This document shows, piece by piece, positions 1 through 7,974 of a stretch of DNA of 37,694 bases. The notes under the pieces are model-generated. The model was not told the origin of the DNA. It ran no database searches and saw only the letters and a program-made list of their open reading frames with translations. Position 1 is the first letter of the stretch. Each line of letters starts with the position of its first letter. The position numbers and the translations under genes were made by a program. Source of the DNA: Bdellovibrionota bacterium FG-2 (lineage in GTDB: Bacteria > Bdellovibrionota > UBA1018); contig JBBCAV010000045.1 of NCBI GenBank assembly GCA_051382305.1, forward strand, positions 1 to 37,694. The letters run 5' to 3'.

Positions 1-96
1 GTAAGCATTCAGTAAACCCGCGTTAGGTTTTTCTGATGATTCCGAAATAAGAGCTGGACACACCAAAGAGTCCGCGATAATGTTTCTGTAGCGCAT
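1..96 (-). CDS. Possible 5' end of a cargo gene reading out of the window (MRYRNIIADSLVCPALISESSEKPNAGLLNAY...)
   Basis: Minus-strand ATG at 96 is open to the window edge. It has an RBS-like GAGGA (111-107) and a -10-like TATGAT (125-120) upstream. Only 32 codons are visible. Confidence 0.35.
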   Translation of the reverse strand, partial: MRYRNIIADSLVCPALISESSEKPNAGLLNAY

Positions 97-184
97 GTGC
101 TACTCATCCTCGCCGAGCAATCATACTAACCAAAGCATCTTGCTTCAGATCGAGGTGAATAAGCTTCGAGCCGAGGTGGGGTAG

Positions 185-547
185 TCTGGTACTGCCAATG
201 ATCTTTTGAGCAAATTGAACTCAATCGGTTCAAATTATCACAATTCTTGGACGCGACCACTGAGTCCCAAGGTTCTTTCAGATAACCTAAGAAGGCTTGC
301 TCCCAATCTTAGAAAAGTAGGTGTAGAAATAGAATGGCGAAGAAGCGCGGGAGATCATTCTCGGCGAATTATCTCTTTTAGAAAAAGTCCCCAAACTTGC
401 GACGCAACCGACGCACCGACGCCTCCAATTCAACTCGAAGGGATGGGGAGCGACGCAAAGGACGCACGCGCCTCAGAAATGCGTGAGTGTTCCAGTGCTA
501 CCTTAGTCGATTCACATCCGACGTACGATGACAGGCGGGTCCCATGA
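185..547 (+). pseudogene. C-terminal remnant of a primase/helicase-type replication protein
   Basis: SGTANDLLSKLN...SPKVLSDNLRRLAPNLRKVGVEI...RRII resembles the winged-helix C-terminus of island replication ATPases. In-frame TAG at 182-184 sits where a Trp is expected. The stop overlaps the excisionase ATG. Confidence 0.55.
400..466 (+). repeat. Short iteron-like direct repeats GACGC(A) x5
   Basis: CGACGCA at 400, 409 and 451; CGACGCC at 417; GGACGCA at 460. Confidence 0.6.
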
Positions 548-849
548 CTCTCCCTGAACGTAACCCCGGAGTAATTCCTGTTAAACCCCTCACCCCTCAT
601 GAGCTTGCGGCCTTCTATACCGTCACCGTGAACACAGTATATTTTTGGGTATCGCGCCCCAGCTTCCCTAGGATCAAGGTGGGAAAACACCTCCGATTCG
701 ACCTGGATAGGGTGCAGAGGTATTTCGACGAGCAGCGTGAGGAGTCTTGCCATGGCCCCTCCTTCTCGGTAAGACGAAAGCCTTCAAACCGCTCTTTGAC
801 AACCGGGGTAAACGCGAGCCGTGCCGATCCTTTAAAAGAAAGGGGTTAG
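544..849 (+). CDS. Excisionase/AlpA-like helix-turn-helix protein
   Basis: LTPHELAAFYTVTVNTVYFWVSRPSFPRIKVGKHLRF fits the Xis winged-HTH pattern, and the gene lies directly upstream of the integrase. Confidence 0.85.
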   Translation: MTLPERNPGVIPVKPLTPHELAAFYTVTVNTVYFWVSRPSFPRIKVGKHLRFDLDRVQRYFDEQREESCHGPSFSVRRKPSNRSLTTGVNASRADPLKERG

Positions 850-851
850 GT

Positions 852-1940
852 ATGGCGATAAATAGACGTGAAGGAAAAAATGGCCTGAGCTATCAGGTCA
901 AAATCAAAGGTTCAGACGGAAGTTGGGTAACAGAGACTTTTGACCGAAAAGCTGATGCCGACAAGAGAAAGGCTGAACTCAGGATTCAAAAAACAAGCGG
1001 AAGTGTTGTTTCCAATTGGAATCGTGGTTTAACGCTCGATGATTACTTTCCCGTATGGGACAGCGAAACAAGAGGTACGGGGGCTTCTCCGGGCTGGAGG
1101 GGCAGTCAAATCCAAATGTACCGGGACCACATCGGCCCTATCATTGGTGGGATGAAGCTTCAACAAATCACCCCCGCCAATATTTCCAAAGTAATTAGTG
1201 CTGCCTCTGAAAAAGGACTTGGCCCTTCTATGAGAAAGCACGTTTACGTTTTACTGCGAAAAATCTTTGGTGACGCTGTGGAGATGTTTCATGTGCTTCC
1301 CAAAAACCCAGTACTGCGAAAATTTCAACCCAAGCTTCCAAAAAAGGAGGCGAAATACCTTGAACCCGAAGACACGAAACAGCTTCTTCAATTAGTCCGA
1401 GGGCGACCTTATGAAGTAGCCGTGTGGCTAGGTGTATTGGCGGGACGAAGGATTGGAGAGATTCAATCGCTCAAGTGGGATGCAGTCGATTTGGACAAGG
1501 GTTTGATCTTTATCAGATCGACCTATGTGCGGAAGGAGAACCTATTTAGAACTTATCCCAAGGGCAGACGGTGGCAAACAATCCAAATGCCTCCTGAACT
1601 CTTGGAGCTGATGAAACGCGAAAAACTACTTTCCAAAAGTGAGTTTGTCGTAACCGCAGCGAATGGCGACTTCCTCCCCTACCACATCTATACCGTGGCT
1701 TTGAAACGCTACTGCCGCGAGGCGGGGGTTAAATCTCTTAGCAGTCATGGGTTGAGACATTCGTGTTCAGAAATCTACATGGCAAACGGGGCAAGCCGCG
1801 ATGACATGCGGATTCTTCTGAACCATTCAACAAGTACGGTCACGGATGGCTACGTTCACGATAAGGGCGAGCGGGTCGGGAGAGTGGCCCAAGTGATCCA
1901 GATGTTTCCCAAAAGTTTCCCAAATCTAAAAAACGGATAA
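852..1940 (+). CDS. Tyrosine recombinase/phage-type integrase with N-terminal arm-binding domain
   Basis: Catalytic R (GRRIGE), K (YPKG), HxxR (HGLRH), H (LNHS) and Y (TDGYVH) are all present. Start placed at ATG 852 after AAAGGGG, 2 bp after the xis stop. Confidence 0.95.
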   Translation: MAINRREGKNGLSYQVKIKGSDGSWVTETFDRKADADKRKAELRIQKTSGSVVSNWNRGLTLDDYFPVWDSETRGTGASPGWRGSQIQMYRDHIGPIIGGMKLQQITPANISKVISAASEKGLGPSMRKHVYVLLRKIFGDAVEMFHVLPKNPVLRKFQPKLPKKEAKYLEPEDTKQLLQLVRGRPYEVAVWLGVLAGRRIGEIQSLKWDAVDLDKGLIFIRSTYVRKENLFRTYPKGRRWQTIQMPPELLELMKREKLLSKSEFVVTAANGDFLPYHIYTVALKRYCREAGVKSLSSHGLRHSCSEIYMANGASRDDMRILLNHSTSTVTDGYVHDKGERVGRVAQVIQMFPKSFPNLKNG

Positions 1941-1987
1941 ATGGTAAGCTTCAGGACACTTTTAAAATCAGCAGCAAGTCGTTGGTT
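1904..1987. promoter_or_regulatory. Putative att-arm region: integrase arm-type repeats plus IHF-like site
   Basis: GTTTCCCAAA at 1904-1913 and 1915-1924. CAAGTCGTTGGTT at 1975-1987 has one mismatch to the IHF consensus YAANNNNTTGATW. Confidence 0.55.
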
Positions 1988-2001
1988 TTTTAGGGAATTT
2001 T

Positions 2002-2089
2002 TGGTGGCTCCGGAGAGAATCGAACTCTCACACCCTTACGGAATACACGATTTTGAGTCGTGCGCGTCTACCAATTCCGCCACAGAGCC
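2002..2089 (-). tRNA. tRNA-Leu (anticodon CAA) with encoded CCA; probable integration site
   Basis: Acceptor stem GGCTCTG/CGGAGCC-ACCA, D-loop GGAATTGGTAGAC, anticodon arm CACGA-CTCAAAA-TCGTG, long variable arm, T-loop GTTCGATTC. Confidence 0.97.
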
Positions 2090-2126
2090 ACTTTGAGGAA
2101 GGTTTAATTTGTTTAGCTTAAAGAGA

Positions 2127-3152
2127 TCAAAAAATCCACTCCCACTTCTTAAACTCGAACACTCCCGAGCGGGCCAACCGATACCTCCCCCCCATCGGCA
2201 AGGGGAACTTCTCTGGCCCGTGCCCCACAGGCAACCCCTGCGCTACTGGGGCCCCCAAATCCCGGCCCAGTTCTGAAAAAATATCTGATATCGTTGACTT
2301 AGGCTCAAGTTTTTGCCGAAGCGGCTGAAGTTCCGTGGGCTTCGGAGCTGTGACCATTCGCTCAAACCCTTGCGAACTAGGCGATCGAACAAGCACCGAT
2401 GCCACCGGGTCGTAGCAATTGGAGAAATTCCCTAAAACGATCGCCCGCGCTCCCTTGAGCACTCCTGAAAGCATGAGCTGGGTCACGATCCGATCCAGGC
2501 GATACAACGGCTCATCGGTATCCTCAAAAAACACGATCTTGCCACGCGCACGCGGTACATAAGGCGTCCCGATCAGTGTTGAAAAAACGGCTAAATTCCC
2601 ACCGATTAAAGGCGCTTCAATATCTGTTTTCGGCCGCGGCGTAAGCCAATTCAATTTTAACTTCGGCACACCCCAGGGTTGCGCAGGCACTTCGCCCCTA
2701 ATCCAACTCGCCAAAGAGGACCACTCGAGATCCCCAAGTAGCGCGAACTTACGCAATCCCGGCATCGGAGCATGCAGCACACTCCAACCCCACTTCGTCT
2801 GCACAAACTCAATCAATGCTGTGGCATCCGAAAATCCGACGAGGAGTTTCGCCGGGGGCTTACCTCGCTTTCGAGATTCGGCCGCAAGAATCGGCAACAA
2901 CCGCGCCGCACCATACCCTCCGCGTGCACACCAAAGAACATCCGACTTGAGGCTATAGGCTGCCGCTAAAAAAGCCTGGGCGCGATCGGCATCCGTGCCT
3001 GCAAAAAACCGAAACTCTTTTTTACATTGAGGGTGAACTTCGAAATCAAAACCCTGCGCCCCAAGACGCTGTAGGCCCAGCTCAAACTCGATTTGAGGAA
3101 CCACCGATGAGGGCGCAATAATCTGAATCCGAGGAACGCGCATTTTTCCCAT
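2127..3152 (-). CDS. LD-carboxypeptidase, peptidase family S66
   Basis: IIAPSS, ARGGYGA, GFSDAT (Ser), GGNL, FFED (Glu) and GHG (His) motifs. Confidence 0.92.
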   Translation of the reverse strand: MGKMRVPRIQIIAPSSVVPQIEFELGLQRLGAQGFDFEVHPQCKKEFRFFAGTDADRAQAFLAAAYSLKSDVLWCARGGYGAARLLPILAAESRKRGKPPAKLLVGFSDATALIEFVQTKWGWSVLHAPMPGLRKFALLGDLEWSSLASWIRGEVPAQPWGVPKLKLNWLTPRPKTDIEAPLIGGNLAVFSTLIGTPYVPRARGKIVFFEDTDEPLYRLDRIVTQLMLSGVLKGARAIVLGNFSNCYDPVASVLVRSPSSQGFERMVTAPKPTELQPLRQKLEPKSTISDIFSELGRDLGAPVAQGLPVGHGPEKFPLPMGGRYRLARSGVFEFKKWEWIF

Positions 3153-3155
3153 ACG

Positions 3156-3422
3156 CTAAAGAATGAGCACCAAGCTCCGAAGCCCCAAGACTGAACCAAA
3201 AATCACGGACCAGCAAAAGGTCAGACACAGAAGCAAGACCCCGATTCCCAGCCAAAAACCCACACGCTGAGAGTCTTTAGATCCCCAGCCCACAAATGCT
3301 TTGCCCAACACCGCTGACGTCAAAACCATCAACACAAACTCGATGGCGGCCGCCCCACTCAAACTCGCCCCAATGCTTGCCCCAGAACCTACCAAAAAAC
3401 CTGAAAGCCCTGCCAGCCCCAT
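3156..3422 (-). CDS. Small hypothetical membrane protein
   Basis: Hydrophobic 88-aa ORF that fills the gap between engB and the S66 gene with 1-3 bp spacers. Confidence 0.65.
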   Translation of the reverse strand: MGLAGLSGFLVGSGASIGASLSGAAAIEFVLMVLTSAVLGKAFVGWGSKDSQRVGFWLGIGVLLLCLTFCWSVIFGSVLGLRSLVLIL

Positions 3423-3423
3423 A

Positions 3424-4032
3424 TCAGACCCCCTCCTTAAGAACCTGCGTTAGTTCCTTGATGCCATCTCCAGTGACCGACGAAACCCAGTGCACCTGAG
3501 AGGGATCATAACCCATTTCAAGCACAATCTGGGAGGCTTCTTTTTTCCGCTTGGCGCGTTCCGACTGAGTCTTCAGCAAATCCGCTTTCGCAAATACAAT
3601 GATCACCGGCACGTTCTCTGATTGCATAAACTTCAAGGCATCTATGTCTTGTTCACTCGGCCCATGCCTGGCATCAAGCAAAAGCAAAGCGCGCTCCAAA
3701 AACTCATCCTTATCAAGGTAATCTGACAGAAAACCCGCCCAGCGTTCCCGCTCTTCTTTTGAAACTTTCGCAAAACCATACCCGGGAAGATCAACGAGAA
3801 TTTTCCCCGTGCCCTCCCAGGTGTAAAAATGCATCGCCCGGGTTTTGCCCGGCGTTTTACTCGTAAAAGCGATCTTGGCCCCCACAAGCCTGTTAATCAG
3901 CGAACTTTTGCCCGCGTTGGATCGCCCGACAAACGCAATTCGGGTACCCGTGTGCCCTTTAATGAACTTGCCCTTAATTGCGCCGTCAATGGATTCTGGC
4001 CCGGCAAGCGTGATGATAAATTTTCCAGCCAT
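3424..4032 (-). CDS. engB: Ribosome biogenesis GTP-binding protein EngB/YihA/YsxC
   Basis: GRSNAGKS, SKTPGKT, DLPGYG and KAD motifs. Start placed at ATG 4032 after GGTGG. Confidence 0.95.
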   Translation of the reverse strand: MAGKFIITLAGPESIDGAIKGKFIKGHTGTRIAFVGRSNAGKSSLINRLVGAKIAFTSKTPGKTRAMHFYTWEGTGKILVDLPGYGFAKVSKEERERWAGFLSDYLDKDEFLERALLLLDARHGPSEQDIDALKFMQSENVPVIIVFAKADLLKTQSERAKRKKEASQIVLEMGYDPSQVHWVSSVTGDGIKELTQVLKEGV

Positions 4033-4100
4033 GTTCCACCTGTTTCGTTTTCGGACCCTTTTTCTCAAACCGCTTTGTTGAAATCACACACAAAAACCTC

Positions 4101-4115
4101 TGGCACACCGATTGC
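4101..4115 (+). promoter_or_regulatory. Sigma54 (-24/-12) promoter
   Basis: TGGCACA-CCGA-TTGC versus consensus TGGCACG-N4-TTGC, about 50 bp upstream of ATG 4165. Confidence 0.8.
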
Positions 4116-4164
4116 TCTCTGCGGCAGTGACTCGCAACACACTAACCCTAACAGGAGGAATGTT

Positions 4165-5481
4165 ATGTTCTGGCAAATCAGGATTCAAGCACCATCAGGA
4201 GAAACTCGCACTCTACCCCTAAAAGGCTCCGCCACTTTAGGCCGAAGCGAAGAATGCTCCATCGTACTCAAAGACCCCACCATCCCCCAAGAAGCCGCTC
4301 TGCTTTGGGCAGCCAGTGAACCCAGCACTTTAGGCGAGACAAACGCGTCCCCCTTTTGGATTCGGGTTAACGAAGAAAGCCCCGACAAATGTAGCCTCAC
4401 ACTGGGCGACCTGCATATTCGAGAGGCCCACGTTCCCTCTCAAGTCCCCTTTCAGTTGGGCGAAACCCTTTTCTCCATCGAACCAGCCGACACCCAAACT
4501 TCTCAACCTCCGCAACCCTTAGGCATTCGCCACTGGAAAACCCAGGGAGAAGAAGGCTCTCGAGTTTTGTGGATGGCGAAAAAGGCGGCTGCCACTCCAC
4601 TTTCGATCTACTTAGCCGGAGAAACAGGCACTGGAAAAGAAGTCTTGGCTCACCTCATTCACGCCTGGAGCGAGCGCGCAAGCGGCCCCTTTATCCCCAT
4701 TAACTGCGGTGCGCTCACGCTTTCGCTGGCCGAGAGCGAACTCTTTGGTCACGTCAAGGGCGCATTTACCGGGGCCGTCATCCACCGCCCCGGCGCGCTG
4801 ATGCAGGCCCATAACGGAACGCTGTTTCTTGATGAAGTCGCGGATCTTTCGCTAGATATTCAAGTAAAACTCCTGCGTTTTTTGGAAAACGGAGAAATTC
4901 GTCCCGTCGGCGCTGACCGATTCTCTCGAGCCGATGTCAGACTTCTGTGTGCCACCCACCAGCCGTTAAAAAAACTCGTTGAGGAAGGGAAATTCCGTCG
5001 CGACCTTTACTATCGTATCGCCTCCGTCACGATCGAAATCCCCCCTCTTCGCACCCGCCCCAAGGACATCGAGCTTTTGGCCCGAGAGTTTGGACAGGAA
5101 CTGGATCGCTCACTCTCCCCACGCGCCATGCAACGACTGCAGGCCCACGCCTGGCCGGGTAATGTCCGAGAGCTTCGCCACGCCATTGAACGCGCCAGCG
5201 GATTGGCGGGGCCGTTTAGCAAACTCTTGCACGAAGACGCCTTTGAATTTCTCATAAGCTCAGACTCCTTGAGCCACACTCCGGAACTGGAACTGGGCTG
5301 TTCGGTACTTAAACTCTCGGAAATGGAGCGAGTCCTAATCCTCAAAGCCCTGAAAATCAGCGATGGCAACCGCCGCAAGGCTGCTAAAATCCTGGGCGTC
5401 GCCCGGAGCACGCTTTTCGAAATGCTCAAGCGACACCAAATCCAAGGACCCAGGCACGACGCGCTTAAGTTTGCGTCTTAA
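4165..5481 (+). CDS. Sigma54-dependent transcriptional activator (FHA-like N-terminus, AAA+, Fis-type HTH)
   Basis: GETGTGKE, ESELFGH, GAFTGA, FLDEV, WPGNVREL and a C-terminal HTH. RBS AGGAGG at 4153-4158. Confidence 0.93.
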   Translation: MFWQIRIQAPSGETRTLPLKGSATLGRSEECSIVLKDPTIPQEAALLWAASEPSTLGETNASPFWIRVNEESPDKCSLTLGDLHIREAHVPSQVPFQLGETLFSIEPADTQTSQPPQPLGIRHWKTQGEEGSRVLWMAKKAAATPLSIYLAGETGTGKEVLAHLIHAWSERASGPFIPINCGALTLSLAESELFGHVKGAFTGAVIHRPGALMQAHNGTLFLDEVADLSLDIQVKLLRFLENGEIRPVGADRFSRADVRLLCATHQPLKKLVEEGKFRRDLYYRIASVTIEIPPLRTRPKDIELLAREFGQELDRSLSPRAMQRLQAHAWPGNVRELRHAIERASGLAGPFSKLLHEDAFEFLISSDSLSHTPELELGCSVLKLSEMERVLILKALKISDGNRRKAAKILGVARSTLFEMLKRHQIQGPRHDALKFAS

Positions 5482-5500
5482 CCCAAACCCCGGCTATAAT
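5471..5500 (+). promoter_or_regulatory. Putative sigma70 promoter of fliL
   Basis: TTGCGT-18 bp-TATAAT, ending 9 bp before ATG 5510. Confidence 0.5.
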
Positions 5501-5509
5501 GGTGAAGAT

Positions 5510-6355
5510 ATGGCGACAAACCCCGTAGATCCTCTTGCCCCCCCAGAAGTCGCAGAATCGCAAGGAGATTTGAGCGATGATCTTACCGCGCAATTCGAGG
5601 CGGAGATTACGGGCACGGCTGCAGATGCCAAGGAAGGCAAAGAAGGCGAGACACTCGGCGCAGCTTTAGCGACCCCGGGAGAAAAACCTGCGGAAAAACC
5701 TGCGGGAAAAACCGCAAAATCCAAGGGCAAGAAAAAGAAAAAGAAGAAGGGACAGGGAAACGCCTATCTCGAAAGCTTCTTAGAGACGACGAAGAGCCTT
5801 GCAACTCTCTTCAAAGAGGCCGCGACAGGTATCCTATCAAAAGACAGACTCACCCGCCGTATGGCGTTCTTCTTTTGGATAAGCTCCCTGGGTTATCTTG
5901 GGGTTTGTGGCATGGGCTTCAAATACCATTGTGCGGCCACCTCAAGAGAGCGGCAATCCGAAAGAAGAATTCACGAAGAAAAACAAAATCTGAGCATTTT
6001 TATCAAAAAACAGGCAGACGACGCAAGGCGCAAGGCTGCAACCCTGACCCTAGGCACGTTCTGGGTTGAACTCAACTCCGACTTTGAAGGAAAAACACCC
6101 TTCGGTTTGGTCAACATGGCTGAAATTCAAATCATCCTAGAGTGTGATAGCAAGGAAACCCGCGTTTTCCTTGAAACCAACCTCGTCGTGGTTCGCGACA
6201 AATTTGCCACCCTCTTTACAGCCATGGATCGTGACGAGATCATGAGTCGAGAAGGAAAACGCTCGGTTAAGCGTAAACTGCTCGAAAAGATCAATACATG
6301 GCTCCCCTCTGGCAAGGTCGAAGAAATCTACTTCTCTAAGCTGCACTTTAGCTAA
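5510..6355 (+). CDS. fliL: Flagellar basal body-associated FliL family protein with long N-terminal extension
   Basis: One TM helix, then LGTFWVEL...VRDKFATLF...SREGKRSVKRKLLEKIN...GKVEEIYFSKL, a FliL-type C-terminal domain. Confidence 0.75.
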   Translation: MATNPVDPLAPPEVAESQGDLSDDLTAQFEAEITGTAADAKEGKEGETLGAALATPGEKPAEKPAGKTAKSKGKKKKKKKGQGNAYLESFLETTKSLATLFKEAATGILSKDRLTRRMAFFFWISSLGYLGVCGMGFKYHCAATSRERQSERRIHEEKQNLSIFIKKQADDARRKAATLTLGTFWVELNSDFEGKTPFGLVNMAEIQIILECDSKETRVFLETNLVVVRDKFATLFTAMDRDEIMSREGKRSVKRKLLEKINTWLPSGKVEEIYFSKLHFS

Positions 6356-6387
6356 AATTTAGCCAAGATTTAGCCAAGATTTTCGCC

Positions 6388-6414
6388 TAAAGTTTTCTGG
6401 GCCCCTTTCGATAA
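6388..6414 (+). promoter_or_regulatory. Sigma28 (FliA) promoter
   Basis: TAAAGTTT-N11-TTCGATAA versus consensus TAAAGTTT-N11-GCCGATAA. Confidence 0.7.
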
Positions 6415-6444
6415 GAAAGATAGAGGGCTTGGAGGCCTCACTAT

Positions 6445-6963
6445 GTGATTGCACGGGTTCCCAGGACGGTTCTCTTTTTCGGAGTACTCATTCTAAGCTT
6501 CAGTCTCGGCGGCTGTGCCGCGCTCCGCGCCGGCCTTTTCGAGGATGATGAATCCATGGATTCGATGGCCCCTTTTGAAGATCCATTTAACCCCATTTTT
6601 GGCGGCCACAATCCAGCCTCGGCCACGGGCTTTGAAACCCCCGCGGCGATCCCTCGCTTGAGCTTTACCGAAGAAAGCCGTTCCCCGGCCCAGGCGCGCT
6701 ATCTTCAAGAAATCGAAGAACAACCCGAAATGTCCCTCTCTCGTGCCTTTGAACGTGGCGAAATCATCGTCGGTATGGGCATGCACGAAGTAAAGTTTAT
6801 TTGGGGAGACCCCAAGGAGGTTGAAGTCGCCGGCAGTTCCTACGACGGAAACCAGCGCTGGATCTACTACGCCGGGCTCTCGGCGCGAAAAGCCATCGAA
6901 GCCGCAACGGCCAAAATCGTGTATTTCGAAGAAGGGCGCGTCGTGGGGTGGGAAATCCCCTAA
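6445..6963 (+). CDS. Lipoprotein with SmpA/BamE-like C-terminal domain
   Basis: Lipobox LGGC. C-terminal pattern VGMGMHEVKFIWGDP...QRWIY...VYFEEGRVVGW. RBS GGAGG at 6431. Confidence 0.75.
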   Translation: MIARVPRTVLFFGVLILSFSLGGCAALRAGLFEDDESMDSMAPFEDPFNPIFGGHNPASATGFETPAAIPRLSFTEESRSPAQARYLQEIEEQPEMSLSRAFERGEIIVGMGMHEVKFIWGDPKEVEVAGSSYDGNQRWIYYAGLSARKAIEAATAKIVYFEEGRVVGWEIP

Positions 6964-6987
6964 ATCCATGTTAGCCTGAGATTCTCC

Positions 6988-7974
6988 ATGGAATCTCCGC
7001 TAGAATTCGAAAAGCCAATCTCTACCCTCGAAAAAAAGTTACTCGAATTACGAGAACTCGCCAAAATCGAGAACGCCGACTTCTCTTCCGAAATCACCGC
7101 CCTGGAAGAAAAGATTAAAAATTTGACGCAAGTGACCTTCTCCAAGCTCTCCGCCTGGCAAAGAGTCCAACTCTCGCGCCATCCCAGTCGCCCCTATATG
7201 AAGGATTACGTCTCCACCCTTTTCCCAGATTTCTTGGAGCTACACGGAGACCGCACCTTCGGCGAAGATCCTGCAATTACGGGGGGCCTGGCGAGCTGGC
7301 CGCAAACCGGTACACCCATTGTTATTATCGGACATCAAAAGGGGCGCACGACCAAACAGAAAATTCAGCAGAACTTTGGAATGCCCAAACCCGAAGGCTA
7401 TCGCAAAGCCGTTCGCCTCATGGAGATGGCAAATCGTTTTCAACTTCCGCTCCTCACGCTCATCGACACTCCGGGCGCCTATCCCGGAATCGAAGCCGAG
7501 GAGCGCGGGCAATCTGAAGCTATTGCCCAAAGTCTCCTCACCATGTTTGATCTCGAAATACCCGTCATGGCTGTCGTTATTGGAGAAGGGGGATCCGGCG
7601 GAGCGCTGGCGCTCTCGGTGGCAGACAAAATCCTTATGCAAGAATACAGTATCTATGCCGTGATTTCGCCTGAGAGCTGCGCCTCGATTCTCTGGAGTGA
7701 CCCTAGCCTTGCCGAGCAGGCCAGCGAAAAGCTCAAGCTCAGTCCACAAGAACTGCTAAAACTCAAGATTATTGACGGCATCATCCCGGAGCCTCTGGGC
7801 GGCGCCCACCGGAACTGGGAGCAAGCGACCGCCCTCTTGTGGAAATCTTTACAGAAACATTTTGGCCCGATGATTCAGGGAACCACTCTGACAAAAAACA
7901 AGAAACTTGCGAAAAAAAGAATTGAAAGGTTTCGCAGTCTCGGAAACGATTGCCTTGTAAAGATTCCATCATGA
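6988..7974 (+). CDS. accA: Acetyl-CoA carboxylase carboxyltransferase alpha subunit
   Basis: LEFEKPI, ELHGDR, NFGMPKPEGYRKA, IDTPGAYPG and GEGGSGGALA motifs. Confidence 0.97.
   Translation: MESPLEFEKPISTLEKKLLELRELAKIENADFSSEITALEEKIKNLTQVTFSKLSAWQRVQLSRHPSRPYMKDYVSTLFPDFLELHGDRTFGEDPAITGGLASWPQTGTPIVIIGHQKGRTTKQKIQQNFGMPKPEGYRKAVRLMEMANRFQLPLLTLIDTPGAYPGIEAEERGQSEAIAQSLLTMFDLEIPVMAVVIGEGGSGGALALSVADKILMQEYSIYAVISPESCASILWSDPSLAEQASEKLKLSPQELLKLKIIDGIIPEPLGGAHRNWEQATALLWKSLQKHFGPMIQGTTLTKNKKLAKKRIERFRSLGNDCLVKIPS

Larger units (their letters stand above)
1..2001. mobile_element. End of a tRNA-integrated element (genomic island, satellite or prophage-like); other end lies outside the window
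   Basis: Order is primase-like remnant, excisionase, tyrosine integrase, then the 3' end of tRNA-Leu. Arm-like direct repeats and an IHF-like site lie near the integrase stop. Confidence 0.85.

Noticed and set aside
747-851. N-terminal extension of the integrase ORF from 747
   Set aside because: It overlaps xis in another frame. ATG 852 has an RBS and begins the arm-binding domain.
3829-4164. 112-aa extension of the sigma54 activator ORF
   Set aside because: It overlaps engB on the opposite strand. The promoter and AGGAGG point to ATG 4165.
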